Assembly: GCA_937996685.1 (NCBI GenBank)
Contig: CALKUP010000002.1
Location: forward strand, 177,066-241,065
Length of the DNA: 64,000 nt
Origin: an uncultured bacterium
GTDB taxonomy: Bacteria > Patescibacteriota > Patescibacteriia > UBA9570 > XYC2-FULL-38-9
Direction of reading: 5' to 3'
The notes under the pieces were generated by a model. It searched no databases. It saw only the letters and a list, made by a program, of their open reading frames with translations, and was not told the DNA's origin. Position 1 is the first letter of the stretch; every line of letters starts with the position of its first letter. Shown here piece after piece: positions 18,814-29,655 of the stretch. The position numbers and the translations under genes were made by a program.

Positions 18814-19761
18814 ATGAACATGTACCGATTTATCGATAAAGCAAAATATATTACAACTGTTTCGTTAATTTTGGTTGTCGCGTCATTTGGTATTTGGGGA
18901 TACAACTACGCTTCTCAAGTGCGCTCTGGTGTGACAAATCAATACGGATTTTCATTAGGGATTGATTTTACTGGAGGGTCAGTCTTGGAGCTTTCTTTTC
19001 CTGAAGGTAAGCAGCCGTCTTTAGATCAAGCGACAACGGTTCTTGAGTCGCAGGGATTAAAGGGGACAACGCAGTCTGTGAACACAAACGGACTATTGGT
19101 GCGTACATCATACATCTCTCAAGATCAACACAATGCGCTGCTGCAAGGTTTTCAAGCGCAATATGGAGCGACAGAGCAGTCATTTTCAAGCGTTGGGCCA
19201 ACACTTGGTCAAGAATTACAACGAAAAGCCTTTTTAGCAACCGGACTCGTGTTGCTCGCGATTATTTTGTATGTATCATATGCGTTTCGTGGTATTTCAT
19301 ATGGCCCAGTAAAATCATGGGTGTTCGGTTTAGGTGCAATTGTGGCGTTGATACATGATATCGTCCTTGTTCTTGGGGTCTTTGTGGTTCTTGGGATGGT
19401 CTCCGGAGTGCAAATTGATTCCTTGTTTGTGACAGCACTGCTCACTGTTCTCGGCTTTTCTGTCCATGACACCATTGTTGTGTATGATCGTATTCGTGAG
19501 AATTTAAAGCAGAAAAATAAGTATACATTTGCTGAAATTATCGATAAAAGTATCAATAGCACTTTGGCGCGCTCTCTTAACACCTCATTTACAACTTTAT
19601 TTGTCTTAACAGCCTTGTATTTCTTCGGTGGAGAGACAATTCAGCATTTCGTCCTTGCATTAATCATTGGTATTATCATTGGAACCTATTCATCAATTTT
19701 TATCGCAAGCCCTGTATTGATTCTTGGTGAGCGTATTGGAAAACGCCTCCAAAATCGATAA
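18814..19761 (+). CDS. secF: Protein translocase subunit SecF
   Basis: GIDFTGG, VGPTLG, HD, GFSVHDTIVVYDRIRE and GTYSSIFIA. Confidence 0.95.
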   Translation: MNMYRFIDKAKYITTVSLILVVASFGIWGYNYASQVRSGVTNQYGFSLGIDFTGGSVLELSFPEGKQPSLDQATTVLESQGLKGTTQSVNTNGLLVRTSYISQDQHNALLQGFQAQYGATEQSFSSVGPTLGQELQRKAFLATGLVLLAIILYVSYAFRGISYGPVKSWVFGLGAIVALIHDIVLVLGVFVVLGMVSGVQIDSLFVTALLTVLGFSVHDTIVVYDRIRENLKQKNKYTFAEIIDKSINSTLARSLNTSFTTLFVLTALYFFGGETIQHFVLALIIGIIIGTYSSIFIASPVLILGERIGKRLQNR

Positions 19762-19855
19762 AAATAGCTATTATTAGCTATAAATCCAACTTTTACTACG
19801 CATAAAAGTTGACATATTTTCAAATAAATGTCATTATGTGTCTATCGTGAATTGA

Positions 19856-20971
19856 ATGACACATATGAGTAACTCTATTTTAGACACAGTCTTATCGCGC
19901 AGAGACGTCGTGGAACGACAGTCTTTTGATGCCTTGCAGCTCACTGAGCAACTTTTGGCCGTATTACCTGAAAAAGAAGCAGGTATTTTGCGGCGTCGTT
20001 ATGGATTAACTGGTGAGCGAAAACAGACTCTTGAAATGATTGGAAAAGAGTACGCTGTAACACGTGAACGGATTCGTCAGATCGAGCGTCAGTCAATTGC
20101 TGCAATTAAAGATAGTAGCGTGTTTCGTGAATCCATTCGTCCGTTTGAACACGTTGTCATGGCTGTTATTCATGAACACGGTGGCATTATGACAATGGAA
20201 ATGATTAGCCGGGAATTACTTGGCGTCCATCATTCAGACGTTAAGCATCATGCAGCGCTTCATTTTCTATTGTCTGAATTATTGAAAGATAAAATTGAAC
20301 ACGTTCGTGCGAATAAGCAGTTTTCACAAAGTTGGAAAACAAAAACAGTTTCTTTGTCACTAGTGGAACGTGCTGTCGCTGAATTACAGCGTATTATTGA
20401 AGGTCTCGAAAAACCTCATAGCTTCGAGCGTATTTTTGGCGAGTTTCAGGAGACAGATTTATATAAAGAAAACACTGATCATTTTACAGAGCAGGTGTTA
20501 ACGTCGTATTTAGACGTTGCTGGCGCTGTCGGCAAAAATCCGTTTGATGAATACGGTCTTGCGCATTGGGGCTTGGTGAATCCGAAGCGTATGCATGATC
20601 GTGTCTATTTGATTTTACAAAAAGAAGGAAAGCCGTTGCATTTTGAAGAAATTAGTCAAAAGATCACAGAGATTTTTGGCAAAAAAGCGTATCCACCAAC
20701 AGTGCATAATGAGTTGATTTTGAACGATGAGTATGTCTTGGTTGGTCGTGGTTTGTATGCCTTGAAAGAATGGGGCTATCAAGAAGGAGTTGTTTCAGAT
20801 GTCATTAGCCAAGTGCTAGAAGATGCAGCAGAGTCAATGCACCGCGATGAAATTGTAGACAAGGTGTTAGAGCAGCGCATGGTAAAAAAGAACACAATTT
20901 ATTTAGCGTTAACCGACAAAGAAGTGTTTCGTAAACACGAGGACGGTCGTTACTCACACCAGGTAGCGTAA
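19856..20971 (+). CDS. Sigma70 region-4 plus HARE-HTH (RNAP delta-like) protein
   Basis: RRYGL..TLEMIG..VTRERIRQIE; C-terminal VHNELI..YVLVGRGLYALKEWG. Confidence 0.75.
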   Translation: MTHMSNSILDTVLSRRDVVERQSFDALQLTEQLLAVLPEKEAGILRRRYGLTGERKQTLEMIGKEYAVTRERIRQIERQSIAAIKDSSVFRESIRPFEHVVMAVIHEHGGIMTMEMISRELLGVHHSDVKHHAALHFLLSELLKDKIEHVRANKQFSQSWKTKTVSLSLVERAVAELQRIIEGLEKPHSFERIFGEFQETDLYKENTDHFTEQVLTSYLDVAGAVGKNPFDEYGLAHWGLVNPKRMHDRVYLILQKEGKPLHFEEISQKITEIFGKKAYPPTVHNELILNDEYVLVGRGLYALKEWGYQEGVVSDVISQVLEDAAESMHRDEIVDKVLEQRMVKKNTIYLALTDKEVFRKHEDGRYSHQVA

Positions 20972-21020
20972 ATACTATTCGTTTGTCTGATCATTTGGTA
21001 TACTATAGACAAGTGACTTG

Positions 21021-23198
21021 ATGTCTATTCTTATGTTTGCGCAAATACAAAATTTTTTTATCACGTTTGGAAAGGAGTTGCTTGCTGCTGCGGGGCAAAG
21101 TCCGTTTTCAGCACTTGGATACATCATGACACATGGTGGTCTTGTGGTCTTTTTTCCAATGCTTGTGTGGATGTTGTGGGTGACGTGGATTTTTTATGTT
21201 ATTGGCTGGTATGTAAAAAAACAAAAATACAAGTTATTTGCAGTCGATGTTCCAAGTGTGAATGAGCAGAGCATGGCAGCTGTTGAGCAAGTGATTGTTG
21301 CATTGCACGGGACATTTTTTAATTACAATAAAAAAGATCAGTATTGGCATGGTATGCTCGTTGAGCCGTACTCGTTAGAAATTGTCAGTATTGATGGATA
21401 CATTCAATACTTTGTCTGGTGTAATGCGCGTTTTGAAAATGTTTTGAAGTCGGCAATTTATGCGCAATACCCAGATGCCGAAATTACAGAGGTTGAGGAT
21501 TACACAAAGAATGTGCCGAATGAATTTCCAAGTGATGAGTATAAAATTTGGGGAACGCAATTAGTGTTTGAAAAACCAGATGTCTACCCGATTAAGACGT
21601 ATGAATATTTTGAGCATTCATTGACTGGCACTTTTGCAGACCCACTTGCGTCGATTTTGGAGCAGATGAGCCGACTTCATGAAGGAGAGCAAGTGTGGTT
21701 GCAGTTGGTCATCACCCCAACAGACGGTGGTATCCGCAGTAGTGGTATTTCAGAGGTGGATGCATTAATTGGAAAAGATTCTGGTTATAGTCCAAAAGGA
21801 TTTGAAAAATTTATTTTTTCAACACTTGGGCGTTTGTTTAACGCAGGAAAGCCAGTGCATTTTGAAGCAGTGGAGGATACTGGCTTTGGTCGAGAGGGAA
21901 GTGATGGAAACTTCATGAGTGTTACAACTGGTGAAAAGGTTGTTATTGAAGAAATTCAAAAGAAAATTACCCGCATGCAATTTTCGGTGAAATTTCGTAT
22001 TGTCTATCTTGCAAAAACTGCGTTGTATGATCGGTATCGTGTCCCTGGCGCAATTTTTGGTGCAATTAAACAGTTCAATTCACTTGATTTAAATAGTTTC
22101 AAAGGTGGAAAACTCACGACAACTTCTGGTCCGGCGTATTTGTTTTGGCAACGCCGTCGACATATTCGAGAAACAAAATTAGTACAAGCCTATCAAGGAC
22201 GCTCCAACTGGGCGGGGAGTGACGCAATTACAATGTCGAGTGCTGAAATTGCAACATTGTTTCATTTCCCTTTAGAGTCTGCGCAAGCGCCGCTGCTTTC
22301 TACAACCGAATCGAAAAAAGCCGAACCACCAACGCGGTTGCCGCAGTCTCAGGTGTCCGATTCAATTATCGCAACAGCCAGTATGCCTGGTGATAACGAC
22401 CCTGTTGTTCCAGAAAATTTACCAATGCAAACACCAACCAAAATGCGTATCCCGCAACCCGGCGAACAACTACCACGTGCTGCGAGTATTCCAGTTGGTC
22501 CAATTGAGGAAAACTTTGTTGGTACAACTGGTCAACAGCCAGGCACAATTTCATCGCAGCTCACAAATGCGGCTGGTGAAGTGCCTCTGCATTCAATGCC
22601 AGGCCTCCCGCCGGGTGTTCGTCCGATCACTGATTCAGCGTTGCCAACGCCTGTTGCAAAGCCGGTTTCTATTCCGACTCCCGCAACAGCTCCTGCGCAA
22701 CCGCAATTTCAACCGCAGCAATGGTCTCTGAATAGTCGTGCGCAAATGGAGGTTGGTGTGAATCCAAAATCAATTATGCCGACACCGGAAGAAATTACAG
22801 ATACCGTGACGCAAGTGGCGAACGTTATTCCAGCTGTCGCCAAAAAAGTGACCCCAGAGGCTGTTATGCCGATGATTCATGCGATTACAGATCCAATTCA
22901 GCAGGCAGCGCAAGCGATTCCTGGTATTGCGCGGTCGATGTCGCCACAGCAATGGGGTGCTAGTGAGTCGCAGTCACCGCAACCGCCACAGCCTCAATTG
23001 GTGCAACAACCACAATTTCAAACAGCAATGCAACCTCAGTCAGTGCAGCAGCCACCTGAAAACACAGCAAACCGTCCAATCCCAAAACCAGTGCAACATC
23101 CAGGCATGCAAGCGCCGCCAGCACCAAATAATCCACCATCCGCTCCGCAAGCAAGTAGTAGTTCAGCTGGCGCTCCGCCGCAAAATCTGCCAATATAA
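21021..23198 (+). CDS. Membrane-anchored hypothetical protein (partner of the downstream ATPase) with Pro/Gln-rich tail
   Basis: N-terminal TM; SLEIVS, IYAQYP, YPIKTY and EIATLFHFP motifs; low-complexity C-terminal third. Confidence 0.7.
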   Translation: MSILMFAQIQNFFITFGKELLAAAGQSPFSALGYIMTHGGLVVFFPMLVWMLWVTWIFYVIGWYVKKQKYKLFAVDVPSVNEQSMAAVEQVIVALHGTFFNYNKKDQYWHGMLVEPYSLEIVSIDGYIQYFVWCNARFENVLKSAIYAQYPDAEITEVEDYTKNVPNEFPSDEYKIWGTQLVFEKPDVYPIKTYEYFEHSLTGTFADPLASILEQMSRLHEGEQVWLQLVITPTDGGIRSSGISEVDALIGKDSGYSPKGFEKFIFSTLGRLFNAGKPVHFEAVEDTGFGREGSDGNFMSVTTGEKVVIEEIQKKITRMQFSVKFRIVYLAKTALYDRYRVPGAIFGAIKQFNSLDLNSFKGGKLTTTSGPAYLFWQRRRHIRETKLVQAYQGRSNWAGSDAITMSSAEIATLFHFPLESAQAPLLSTTESKKAEPPTRLPQSQVSDSIIATASMPGDNDPVVPENLPMQTPTKMRIPQPGEQLPRAASIPVGPIEENFVGTTGQQPGTISSQLTNAAGEVPLHSMPGLPPGVRPITDSALPTPVAKPVSIPTPATAPAQPQFQPQQWSLNSRAQMEVGVNPKSIMPTPEEITDTVTQVANVIPAVAKKVTPEAVMPMIHAITDPIQQAAQAIPGIARSMSPQQWGASESQSPQPPQPQLVQQPQFQTAMQPQSVQQPPENTANRPIPKPVQHPGMQAPPAPNNPPSAPQASSSSAGAPPQNLPI

Positions 23199-23218
23199 AG
23201 GAAGTGATACATTGATGT

Positions 23219-25921
23219 ATGCAAGACGAACAACAAACAAACACAAACACCAATCCACCTATTCCAGAAATGCCCTCAACGGTGAACTGGAATGAAATGC
23301 CAAATACGGTTACGTATTTTGCGCAAACAAATTTTCGTGGGGAAGCGCGTAAATTTGGAATCAAGCGTGATGATCGCCGCCGCCACATGTATGTGATCGG
23401 TAAAACTGGTATGGGGAAATCCACCATGCTTGAAAACATGATCATTCAAGATATTGAAAATGGTGAAGGGCTCGCAGTGATTGATCCGCATGGAGATCTT
23501 ATTGAAAAGGTGATTGACTTTGTTCCTGAGCATCGTATTAAAGATGTTATTTATTTTAACCCAGCCGATTTTCATTTTCCGATTGCGTTTAATATTGTCG
23601 AGCAAGTTGATGATGAATATAAAAATTTAATCGCTAATGGTTTGGTTGGTGTCTTTAAAAAGATTTGGGCAGATTCTTGGGGACCACGGTTGGAGTATAT
23701 TTTGATCAATTGTATTTTGTCTTTGTTGGATTATCCGGGCGCAACACTCCTTGATGTGAATCGTATTTTAGTTGATCCAGCGTATCGAAAAAAGGTGATC
23801 AAAAAAATCAAAGACCCGATTGTGCGGCAATTTTGGGTGAATGAATATAATAATTACAGTGAAAAATTTCGCAGTGAAGCGATTGCTCCAATTCAAAATA
23901 AGGTTGGACAATTTTTAAGTTCTTCATTGATTCGTAATATTGTTGGGCAAGAGCGATCAACCATTGATGTGCGTAAAGAAATGGACGCCGGTAAAATCAT
24001 TTTGATGAATTTATCAAAAGGTCGTATTGGTGAAGAAAATGCAGCTTTGCTTGGTGCGATGATGATTACGCGTATTCAACTTGCTGCGATGAGTCGGGTT
24101 GATATTCCAGAATCGCAACGTCGTGATTTCTTTTTGTATGTTGATGAGTTTCAAAACTTTTCAACGGAATCATTTGCGTCGATTTTATCTGAGGCACGTA
24201 AATATCGTTTAAATATCACAATGGCTCACCAATATATTGAGCAGTTGTCAGATGAGGTAAAGGCTGCGGTATTCGGAAACGTTGGAACAATGGTGTCGTT
24301 CCGCGTGGGAAGCGTTGACGCAGAAGAGTTGGAAAAAGAATTTCAACCAACCTTCATGCAAGAAGATATTGTGAAGTTGCCGTCGTTCCATGTTTATATG
24401 CGCTTGATGATTGACGGTGTGGCGAGTGATCCGTTTTCCGCAACAACGCTTGCGCCAATTTCAAACCCATCGCATTTAAAAGATGTGATTATTGAAAATT
24501 CCCGAAACACATATGCATCAGACCGCAAAGAAGTGGAATATGCAATTAATTTGTGGGCCGCGGTTGATGACGAGCAAACCCAAAAAATTAAAGCAGATAA
24601 AGAAAAAGCAGACGCGCGCGCAAGTGAGCCTGAGGTAGAAGAGGTCACGCAAGAATTAGACGAAGATGGTATTGTGCAAAAACCAAAAAATGGCATTCCA
24701 CTTCCAGCGGCAGCTGCTGCGCCAGCAACGACAGATTGGGGATTTGGTGGTTCTGTTCAAGGTGTGTCTCCGATACGGCCACTTGAAGAGGCGCCGGCTC
24801 CAGTCGCAGATGCAGAGCCAGTAATGCGATGGACTGTTGAAGAGTCGAATGAAGATGCTTCGGTTGTTGAAACAGCGCCTGTAAACGTGTTGAATGATGT
24901 CGCGCCCGCTTCTGTTGATGCTGACGATGTGTTTACGGGTGTTGACTTTTTGAGTGCGTTGCAAGGTGCGGAAGAGGTTCTTGATATGCCAACGCCTCCT
25001 CCAGTTGTTGCTCCTCAGTCATTACCTGTTGCTCAAAAACAAGAAGCGATGCCAACAGCATTTGATGATATATTGCGTGATGCATTTTCAGATGTTCCAG
25101 TTGAGCGTGAATCTCTGGCAGCAGAAAAGACTCCTGCCGCTCCTGTGAGTTCACAGCCACGGGCTGCAACCCCAAAACCACGAACAGTGACAGAGGCACC
25201 TCAAAAATCAGACGCAGCGCCAAGAGAACCGCGCTTTGTTCCAAATCATGCGGAAGACAAAGCTGACACCCGAAGACCGGATCAACGACCACAACCAGGA
25301 CAACGAGCGGGGTCTGCTTCAGGTTCGAGTTCAAGAAGTGCGCAAGGAACAGCTACTGCTCCAACGCAAGCAACTTCAGCCGGACCTGCTGGGCAAGTTG
25401 TTTCAAGTGAAGAAAAGCGTAAGCGCAAACGTAAGCGCAAGCGAAAACCAGACGACACTCGAACACCAGATCAACGACCGCCTCAGTCACAAGGTGGTGG
25501 AAGTGGGTCAGGTGCGGGAGGTTCTCGATCAACAATGCCGAGCGAGCCTCGTCAATCAAATAATACAAATACTCCCGCTGCACAAAAACCAGCTGTGCAT
25601 CAACCATTTAAAGATGCGTTTGCGAGCTTGAAAAAAGAGTTGCCTGAAGCAAACTCTGTTGCAAGTCCAGCTACTGCAGCGCCGGCGCGTGCGCAAACAC
25701 CTCGTGCAGATGACGATGGTCCAATTGGATTAGATCCTGTTGTTGTAAAAGCCGCTCCTGTTCAGCGGGTAGTCCAAACCTCTCCTGCGCAGCTACGTCC
25801 GATTCAGCCTGTAGAGCGGCCTGTGTCGCGGCCACAACAGCCGATGCAACCGCAGCCTGTGACACGACAACAGCAAGCACCGCAAACAATGCAGCCAGGT
25901 CAGCCAGTGACATTTGAATAA
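23219..25921 (+). CDS. TrwB/HerA/VirD4-like ATPase with long disordered C-terminus
   Basis: Walker A GKTGMGKS, IDPHGD, Walker B LYVDEFQNF, EARKY and AHQY. Confidence 0.85.
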   Translation: MQDEQQTNTNTNPPIPEMPSTVNWNEMPNTVTYFAQTNFRGEARKFGIKRDDRRRHMYVIGKTGMGKSTMLENMIIQDIENGEGLAVIDPHGDLIEKVIDFVPEHRIKDVIYFNPADFHFPIAFNIVEQVDDEYKNLIANGLVGVFKKIWADSWGPRLEYILINCILSLLDYPGATLLDVNRILVDPAYRKKVIKKIKDPIVRQFWVNEYNNYSEKFRSEAIAPIQNKVGQFLSSSLIRNIVGQERSTIDVRKEMDAGKIILMNLSKGRIGEENAALLGAMMITRIQLAAMSRVDIPESQRRDFFLYVDEFQNFSTESFASILSEARKYRLNITMAHQYIEQLSDEVKAAVFGNVGTMVSFRVGSVDAEELEKEFQPTFMQEDIVKLPSFHVYMRLMIDGVASDPFSATTLAPISNPSHLKDVIIENSRNTYASDRKEVEYAINLWAAVDDEQTQKIKADKEKADARASEPEVEEVTQELDEDGIVQKPKNGIPLPAAAAAPATTDWGFGGSVQGVSPIRPLEEAPAPVADAEPVMRWTVEESNEDASVVETAPVNVLNDVAPASVDADDVFTGVDFLSALQGAEEVLDMPTPPPVVAPQSLPVAQKQEAMPTAFDDILRDAFSDVPVERESLAAEKTPAAPVSSQPRAATPKPRTVTEAPQKSDAAPREPRFVPNHAEDKADTRRPDQRPQPGQRAGSASGSSSRSAQGTATAPTQATSAGPAGQVVSSEEKRKRKRKRKRKPDDTRTPDQRPPQSQGGGSGSGAGGSRSTMPSEPRQSNNTNTPAAQKPAVHQPFKDAFASLKKELPEANSVASPATAAPARAQTPRADDDGPIGLDPVVVKAAPVQRVVQTSPAQLRPIQPVERPVSRPQQPMQPQPVTRQQQAPQTMQPGQPVTFE

Positions 25922-25944
25922 CAGCGAAGATCTTCGCTGTTATT
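25917..25944. terminator. Perfect 28-bp palindrome, probable bidirectional terminator
   Basis: AATAACAGCGAAGA|TCTTCGCTGTTATT contains both convergent stop codons in symmetric positions. Confidence 0.7.
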
Positions 25945-26809
25945 TTTTTGGGGTAATAATTGCAAAGCGGTCCTCGTTTCCAAAATCTTGAATAATAGTA
26001 ACAGCGTGTTCTGGAAGAGTGTCTGCGACAGCAGCTGTGATGCGCGGTGCGTGATGTGATCCAATTTCTAACAAGAGTGAGCCATATGGCAATAACCACT
26101 GTGTGGCGCCTTGGATAATATCTGCGATAATAGCAAAGCCATCATCTTGCGCGACAAGTGCGTGTTCTGGCTCATATCGAAGTCCTACTGATTGGACTGT
26201 TGAGCCTTCTGCTTCAGTTAGTGTGAGGTATGGCGGGTTGCTGATGATTAAATCAAACTGCGCGATGCCTTCAGGAAGTGGTTCGTAGACAGATCCGTGC
26301 AACAGTTCAACGTCAACACCAATGCGTTTCATGTTTTCATACGCAACAGCCAAGCTGTCAGATGAGATGTCAGTCGCGATTACTTGTGCTTGTTTATCAA
26401 GAATTTTTGCGAGCGTGAGACCGATCGCGCCAGAGCCTGTACCAATATCTAAAATGCGGACACGCTCTGATGTGCCGTAGCGTGTGGTGATGAGTTTTTG
26501 GGCTTCATCAATGAGGCGTTCTGTTTCAGGACGGGGAACAAGGACGGCTTCGTCGACTTCAAAATCAATGCCATAAAATTCCTTATGACCGGTTAGATAT
26601 GCCATTGGTTCTCCGGCAGCACGGCGACCAATAAGATTATTGTATTGACGTTCCTGTTCAATTGAAATAATATCGCTGCCATGTGCGATAATATAGGCTC
26701 GGTTTTTTTCAAGTAAATGAGCGAGCAGAACTTCCGCATCCAAGAAGGGAAGCGTCACTGCGTCTTGCAAGGCCTCCCCGCCATGAATAATAAGTTCGTT
26801 GATTGTCAT
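25940..26809 (-). CDS. prmC: Release factor glutamine methyltransferase
   Basis: GEPMAYL, VLVPRPETE, DIGTGSG and SNPPY; directly downstream of prfA. Start moved to 26809. Confidence 0.95.
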   Translation of the reverse strand: MTINELIIHGGEALQDAVTLPFLDAEVLLAHLLEKNRAYIIAHGSDIISIEQERQYNNLIGRRAAGEPMAYLTGHKEFYGIDFEVDEAVLVPRPETERLIDEAQKLITTRYGTSERVRILDIGTGSGAIGLTLAKILDKQAQVIATDISSDSLAVAYENMKRIGVDVELLHGSVYEPLPEGIAQFDLIISNPPYLTLTEAEGSTVQSVGLRYEPEHALVAQDDGFAIIADIIQGATQWLLPYGSLLLEIGSHHAPRITAAVADTLPEHAVTIIQDFGNEDRFAIITPKK

Positions 26810-26810
26810 G

Positions 26811-27896
26811 TTAGTGTGTTGTTGGTTGGATATTTTGGAGACGTGCGATTTGGTCAGCTTCTTGGAGGGCTTCGATGATATCAGAGAGTTCGCCTTCCAT
26901 GTGCTTCGGAACGTTTGACCAGTTGTGTTTAATGCGGTGGTCAGTGATGCGGTCTTGTGGGAAATTGTACGTGCGGATTTTTTCACTACGGTCACCGGTG
27001 CCGACTTGTGAGCGACGTTCATCGCCACGTTTTTTTGCTTCCTCGTCTTCCATGTGTTGCAAGAGGCGAGAGCGCAAGACTGTTAAGGCTTTGGCTTTAT
27101 TTTTATGTTGTGATTTTTCATCCTGACAAACCACAACCATACCACTTGGAATATGAGTGATGCGAACTGCAGAGTCGGTTGTATTTACACTTTGTCCGCC
27201 GTTGCCGCCAGAGCGGAACACGTCAATGCGTAAATCATTCGGGCTAATTTCAAGGTCAGTTTCTTCAGCTTCAGGGAGAATTGCAACAGTAATTGTTGAT
27301 GTGTGAACGCGGCCTTGTTTTTCTGTTTCTGGAACGCGTTGCACACGATGCACGCCACTTTCGTATTTAAATGCAGAGTATGCGCCAATTCCTTCAATTT
27401 TAGCAATGACTTCTTTGTAACCATCAACGCCGTTTTGGCTGGTTGCGAGGAGTTCAACATTCCAATTGCGTGACTCTGCGTATTTAATGTATGAACGAAA
27501 TAGCTCAGCAGCAAACAGAGCGGATTCGTCACCGCCAGCGCCGGCTCGGATTTCCATGATGATATTTTTTTGATCGTTCGGATCTTTTGGCAGGAGTTGT
27601 CGTTGCAAGGCTTCTTCAATCTCAGTGCGTTGCGCTGTAAGACTTTTGAGTTCTTCCTTCGCGAGTTCGACAAAGTCAGGGTCAGATCCTTCATCAATTG
27701 TTGCTTGCGCTTCTGTGAGGGCGCTGCCGACAGATTCTAAACGGTGAATCAATTCAACAGTGACTTTGAGTTCGTTGTATTCAATCGACACGCGTTCAAA
27801 AGCTTTGCGATCTTGCACTAATTCACCCGATTGTAATTGGGCTTCAAGGCGAGCAAAATGTTCAAGGATTGGTCCGGTGAGTGCTGAATCGATCAT
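26811..27896 (-). CDS. prfA: Peptide chain release factor 1
   Basis: GGQ motif, [18 protein letters not shown] (PxT) and RTYNFPQ. Confidence 0.97.
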   Translation of the reverse strand: MIDSALTGPILEHFARLEAQLQSGELVQDRKAFERVSIEYNELKVTVELIHRLESVGSALTEAQATIDEGSDPDFVELAKEELKSLTAQRTEIEEALQRQLLPKDPNDQKNIIMEIRAGAGGDESALFAAELFRSYIKYAESRNWNVELLATSQNGVDGYKEVIAKIEGIGAYSAFKYESGVHRVQRVPETEKQGRVHTSTITVAILPEAEETDLEISPNDLRIDVFRSGGNGGQSVNTTDSAVRITHIPSGMVVVCQDEKSQHKNKAKALTVLRSRLLQHMEDEEAKKRGDERRSQVGTGDRSEKIRTYNFPQDRITDHRIKHNWSNVPKHMEGELSDIIEALQEADQIARLQNIQPTTH

Positions 27897-27930
27897 AGTG
27901 TTGGTATCATATCATAGAATAGGGCAAACA

Positions 27931-27957
27931 AAAAAACGGGAGAATATCCCGTTTTTT
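27931..27957. terminator. Intrinsic terminator after rpmE
   Basis: AAAAAACGGGA-GAATA-TCCCGTTTTTT. Confidence 0.75.
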
Positions 27958-27968
27958 CAAACGTGTCG

Positions 27969-28313
27969 CTATAAATCCGCGAGAGCGTTTTTTGCTGCTT
28001 TCAAGGCTTCTTTGGCAGAATTTTTGACATCGTCTCCACCAGTTGAGCGTTTTGCTTTTCGAGCTGCTTCTTTTTCTTTCTTTGAGCGGAGACCGCCAGA
28101 AGCAACAATGGCTTCTTTTTGCGCTTCTTTCGCTTTGAATTTTTCCAAACGTTGAGCAGTGTCTAAAAACTTTTGCTTACCAGTAAAGAATGGATGGCAT
28201 TGTGAGCACACTTCAGTGGCTACGTCTTTTTTTGTAGACAATGTATCAAAAGAGGCTCCGCAAGCGCAGGCGAGCGTCACACGATGCATTGTTGGGTGGA
28301 TATCGCTTTTCAT
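27969..28313 (-). CDS. rpmE: 50S ribosomal protein L31 with Lys/Ala-rich extension
   Basis: MKSDIHP, CACG and CSQCHPFFTGKQ. Confidence 0.95.
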   Translation of the reverse strand: MKSDIHPTMHRVTLACACGASFDTLSTKKDVATEVCSQCHPFFTGKQKFLDTAQRLEKFKAKEAQKEAIVASGGLRSKKEKEAARKAKRSTGGDDVKNSAKEALKAAKNALADL

Positions 28314-28436
28314 AACCAAAAAACTATACTATAGAACGATTTTTCTGTCAAATAAGATAAAAAGTGAGGGGTGCAGGCTCGCGAGAGAGATGTTTCACTC
28401 TTCCAAGAGCCCGCGTTTGTCTGAATGTGGTCAGAT

Positions 28437-28721
28437 CTAGCTGCGGATACGCGGCAATCCGCTATCAATCAGCCACTGATCAGGATCTGCCCCCTCCGGG
28501 CAGCTTGCAAGCGCGAGTCGCGCGGTGAGCGCGTGCGGGTCATCTGCTGGGTCGGGTCTCCAATCCGGGCCCGGAAGAACGGCCAACAGGTCTTCCGGAT
28601 GCACCTCGTCGAACGTCGTGTGGTGAGGCAGCGCCTGGCGGTGGGATCCGTCCGGGAGCAGATTCCCAGGGGTTACAACCGAACCCCCGATCCTGCGTAC
28701 TTCACGTTGTCTCTCTGCCAA
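28437..28721 (-). CDS. Small GC-rich orphan protein (about 94 aa)
   Basis: AGGAGGT SD upstream of TTG at 28721; GC-rich; hairpins and a T run downstream. Confidence 0.5.
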   Translation of the reverse strand: MAERQREVRRIGGSVVTPGNLLPDGSHRQALPHHTTFDEVHPEDLLAVLPGPDWRPDPADDPHALTARLALASCPEGADPDQWLIDSGLPRIRS

Positions 28722-28753
28722 AGGACACCTCCTGCCGAAAATAGTACTGATTC

Positions 28754-28880
28754 TTGCCAAAAAAGGCAAGGAATGGTATAGTCTGTGAGCTGTTTACAGC
28801 ATATTTTAACCCGTACGACAGATACCTGGAGTGAATTCCTGCCGCCCGATGTAAATCGTCGGCCCTCACGCCCACTGTCG
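28754..28880 (+). promoter_or_regulatory. rpsB promoter and structured 5' leader
   Basis: TTGCCA-17 bp-TATAGT; outer stem CGACAG (28816) / CTGTCG (28875) with an inner GC hairpin. S2 autoregulatory leaders are known for rpsB-tsf. Confidence 0.6.
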
Positions 28881-28905
28881 GAGATAATCAATAAGGAACA
28901 TATAT

Positions 28906-29631
28906 ATGAATATGCCAACTCTTTCGGAATTGCTCCGAGCTGGTGTCCATTTTGGCCATCAAAAAAGCAAACGTCATCCAGGAATGACATCAAATATTTA
29001 TGCAACACGTGAAGGCGTGAGCATTATTAATTTGGAAGAAACACAAAAACAATTAGAATCTGCCGCAAAAGCTGTTCAATCAATGGCTGCAAAGGGCAAG
29101 ACTATTTTGTTTATCGGTACAAAAAGCCAAGCGTCAGCACTTGTGAAACAATATGCTGAAAGTTGCGGAATGCCATATATGCATAACCGTTGGCTCGGTG
29201 GTTTGCTCACAAACTTTAAGAATGTGATCGAAGTACCAAAAAAACTCGTTGATTTGAAAATGAAACGAGATAACGGTGACTTGAAGAAGTACACAAAGAA
29301 AGAACAATTGGAATTTGATCGTGAAATCGAACGCCTGACACAATCAGTTGAAGGTTTGCAGAATCTAACAAAACTTCCAGATGCAGTATGTATCGTTGAT
29401 TTGAAAGAAGAAAAAACTGCGTTGACAGAAGCGTTGCAATTAAACATCCCGGTTATCGCGCTGTGTGATACAAATGTGAACCCACGTGAAATTACACATC
29501 CAATTCCAGCAAATGATGATGCTGTGAAATCAATCGACTTGGTGTTGTCTGTTCTTGCGACAGCGATCAATGAAGGCAAAAAACAAGTTGTTGCTGATGC
29601 TGCAAAAGCAGAAGTTGCTGCGAAAGCCTAA
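28906..29631 (+). CDS. rpsB: 30S ribosomal protein S2
   Basis: AGVHFGH, RWLGGLLTN, DTN and PANDDA. Confidence 0.97.
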   Translation: MNMPTLSELLRAGVHFGHQKSKRHPGMTSNIYATREGVSIINLEETQKQLESAAKAVQSMAAKGKTILFIGTKSQASALVKQYAESCGMPYMHNRWLGGLLTNFKNVIEVPKKLVDLKMKRDNGDLKKYTKKEQLEFDREIERLTQSVEGLQNLTKLPDAVCIVDLKEEKTALTEALQLNIPVIALCDTNVNPREITHPIPANDDAVKSIDLVLSVLATAINEGKKQVVADAAKAEVAAKA

Positions 29632-29655
29632 ATCAATTCATTAACACAAAAGAAT

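Noticed and set aside
23219-25921. ATPase as a marker of a conjugative element
   Set aside because: No relaxase, VirB genes or boundaries; backbone composition and housekeeping neighbours.
28360-28436. CTGACCA...GAAA on the minus strand as a hammerhead
   Set aside because: The core C3-G8 pair is broken and the stems are incompatible; it reads as ordinary hairpins.
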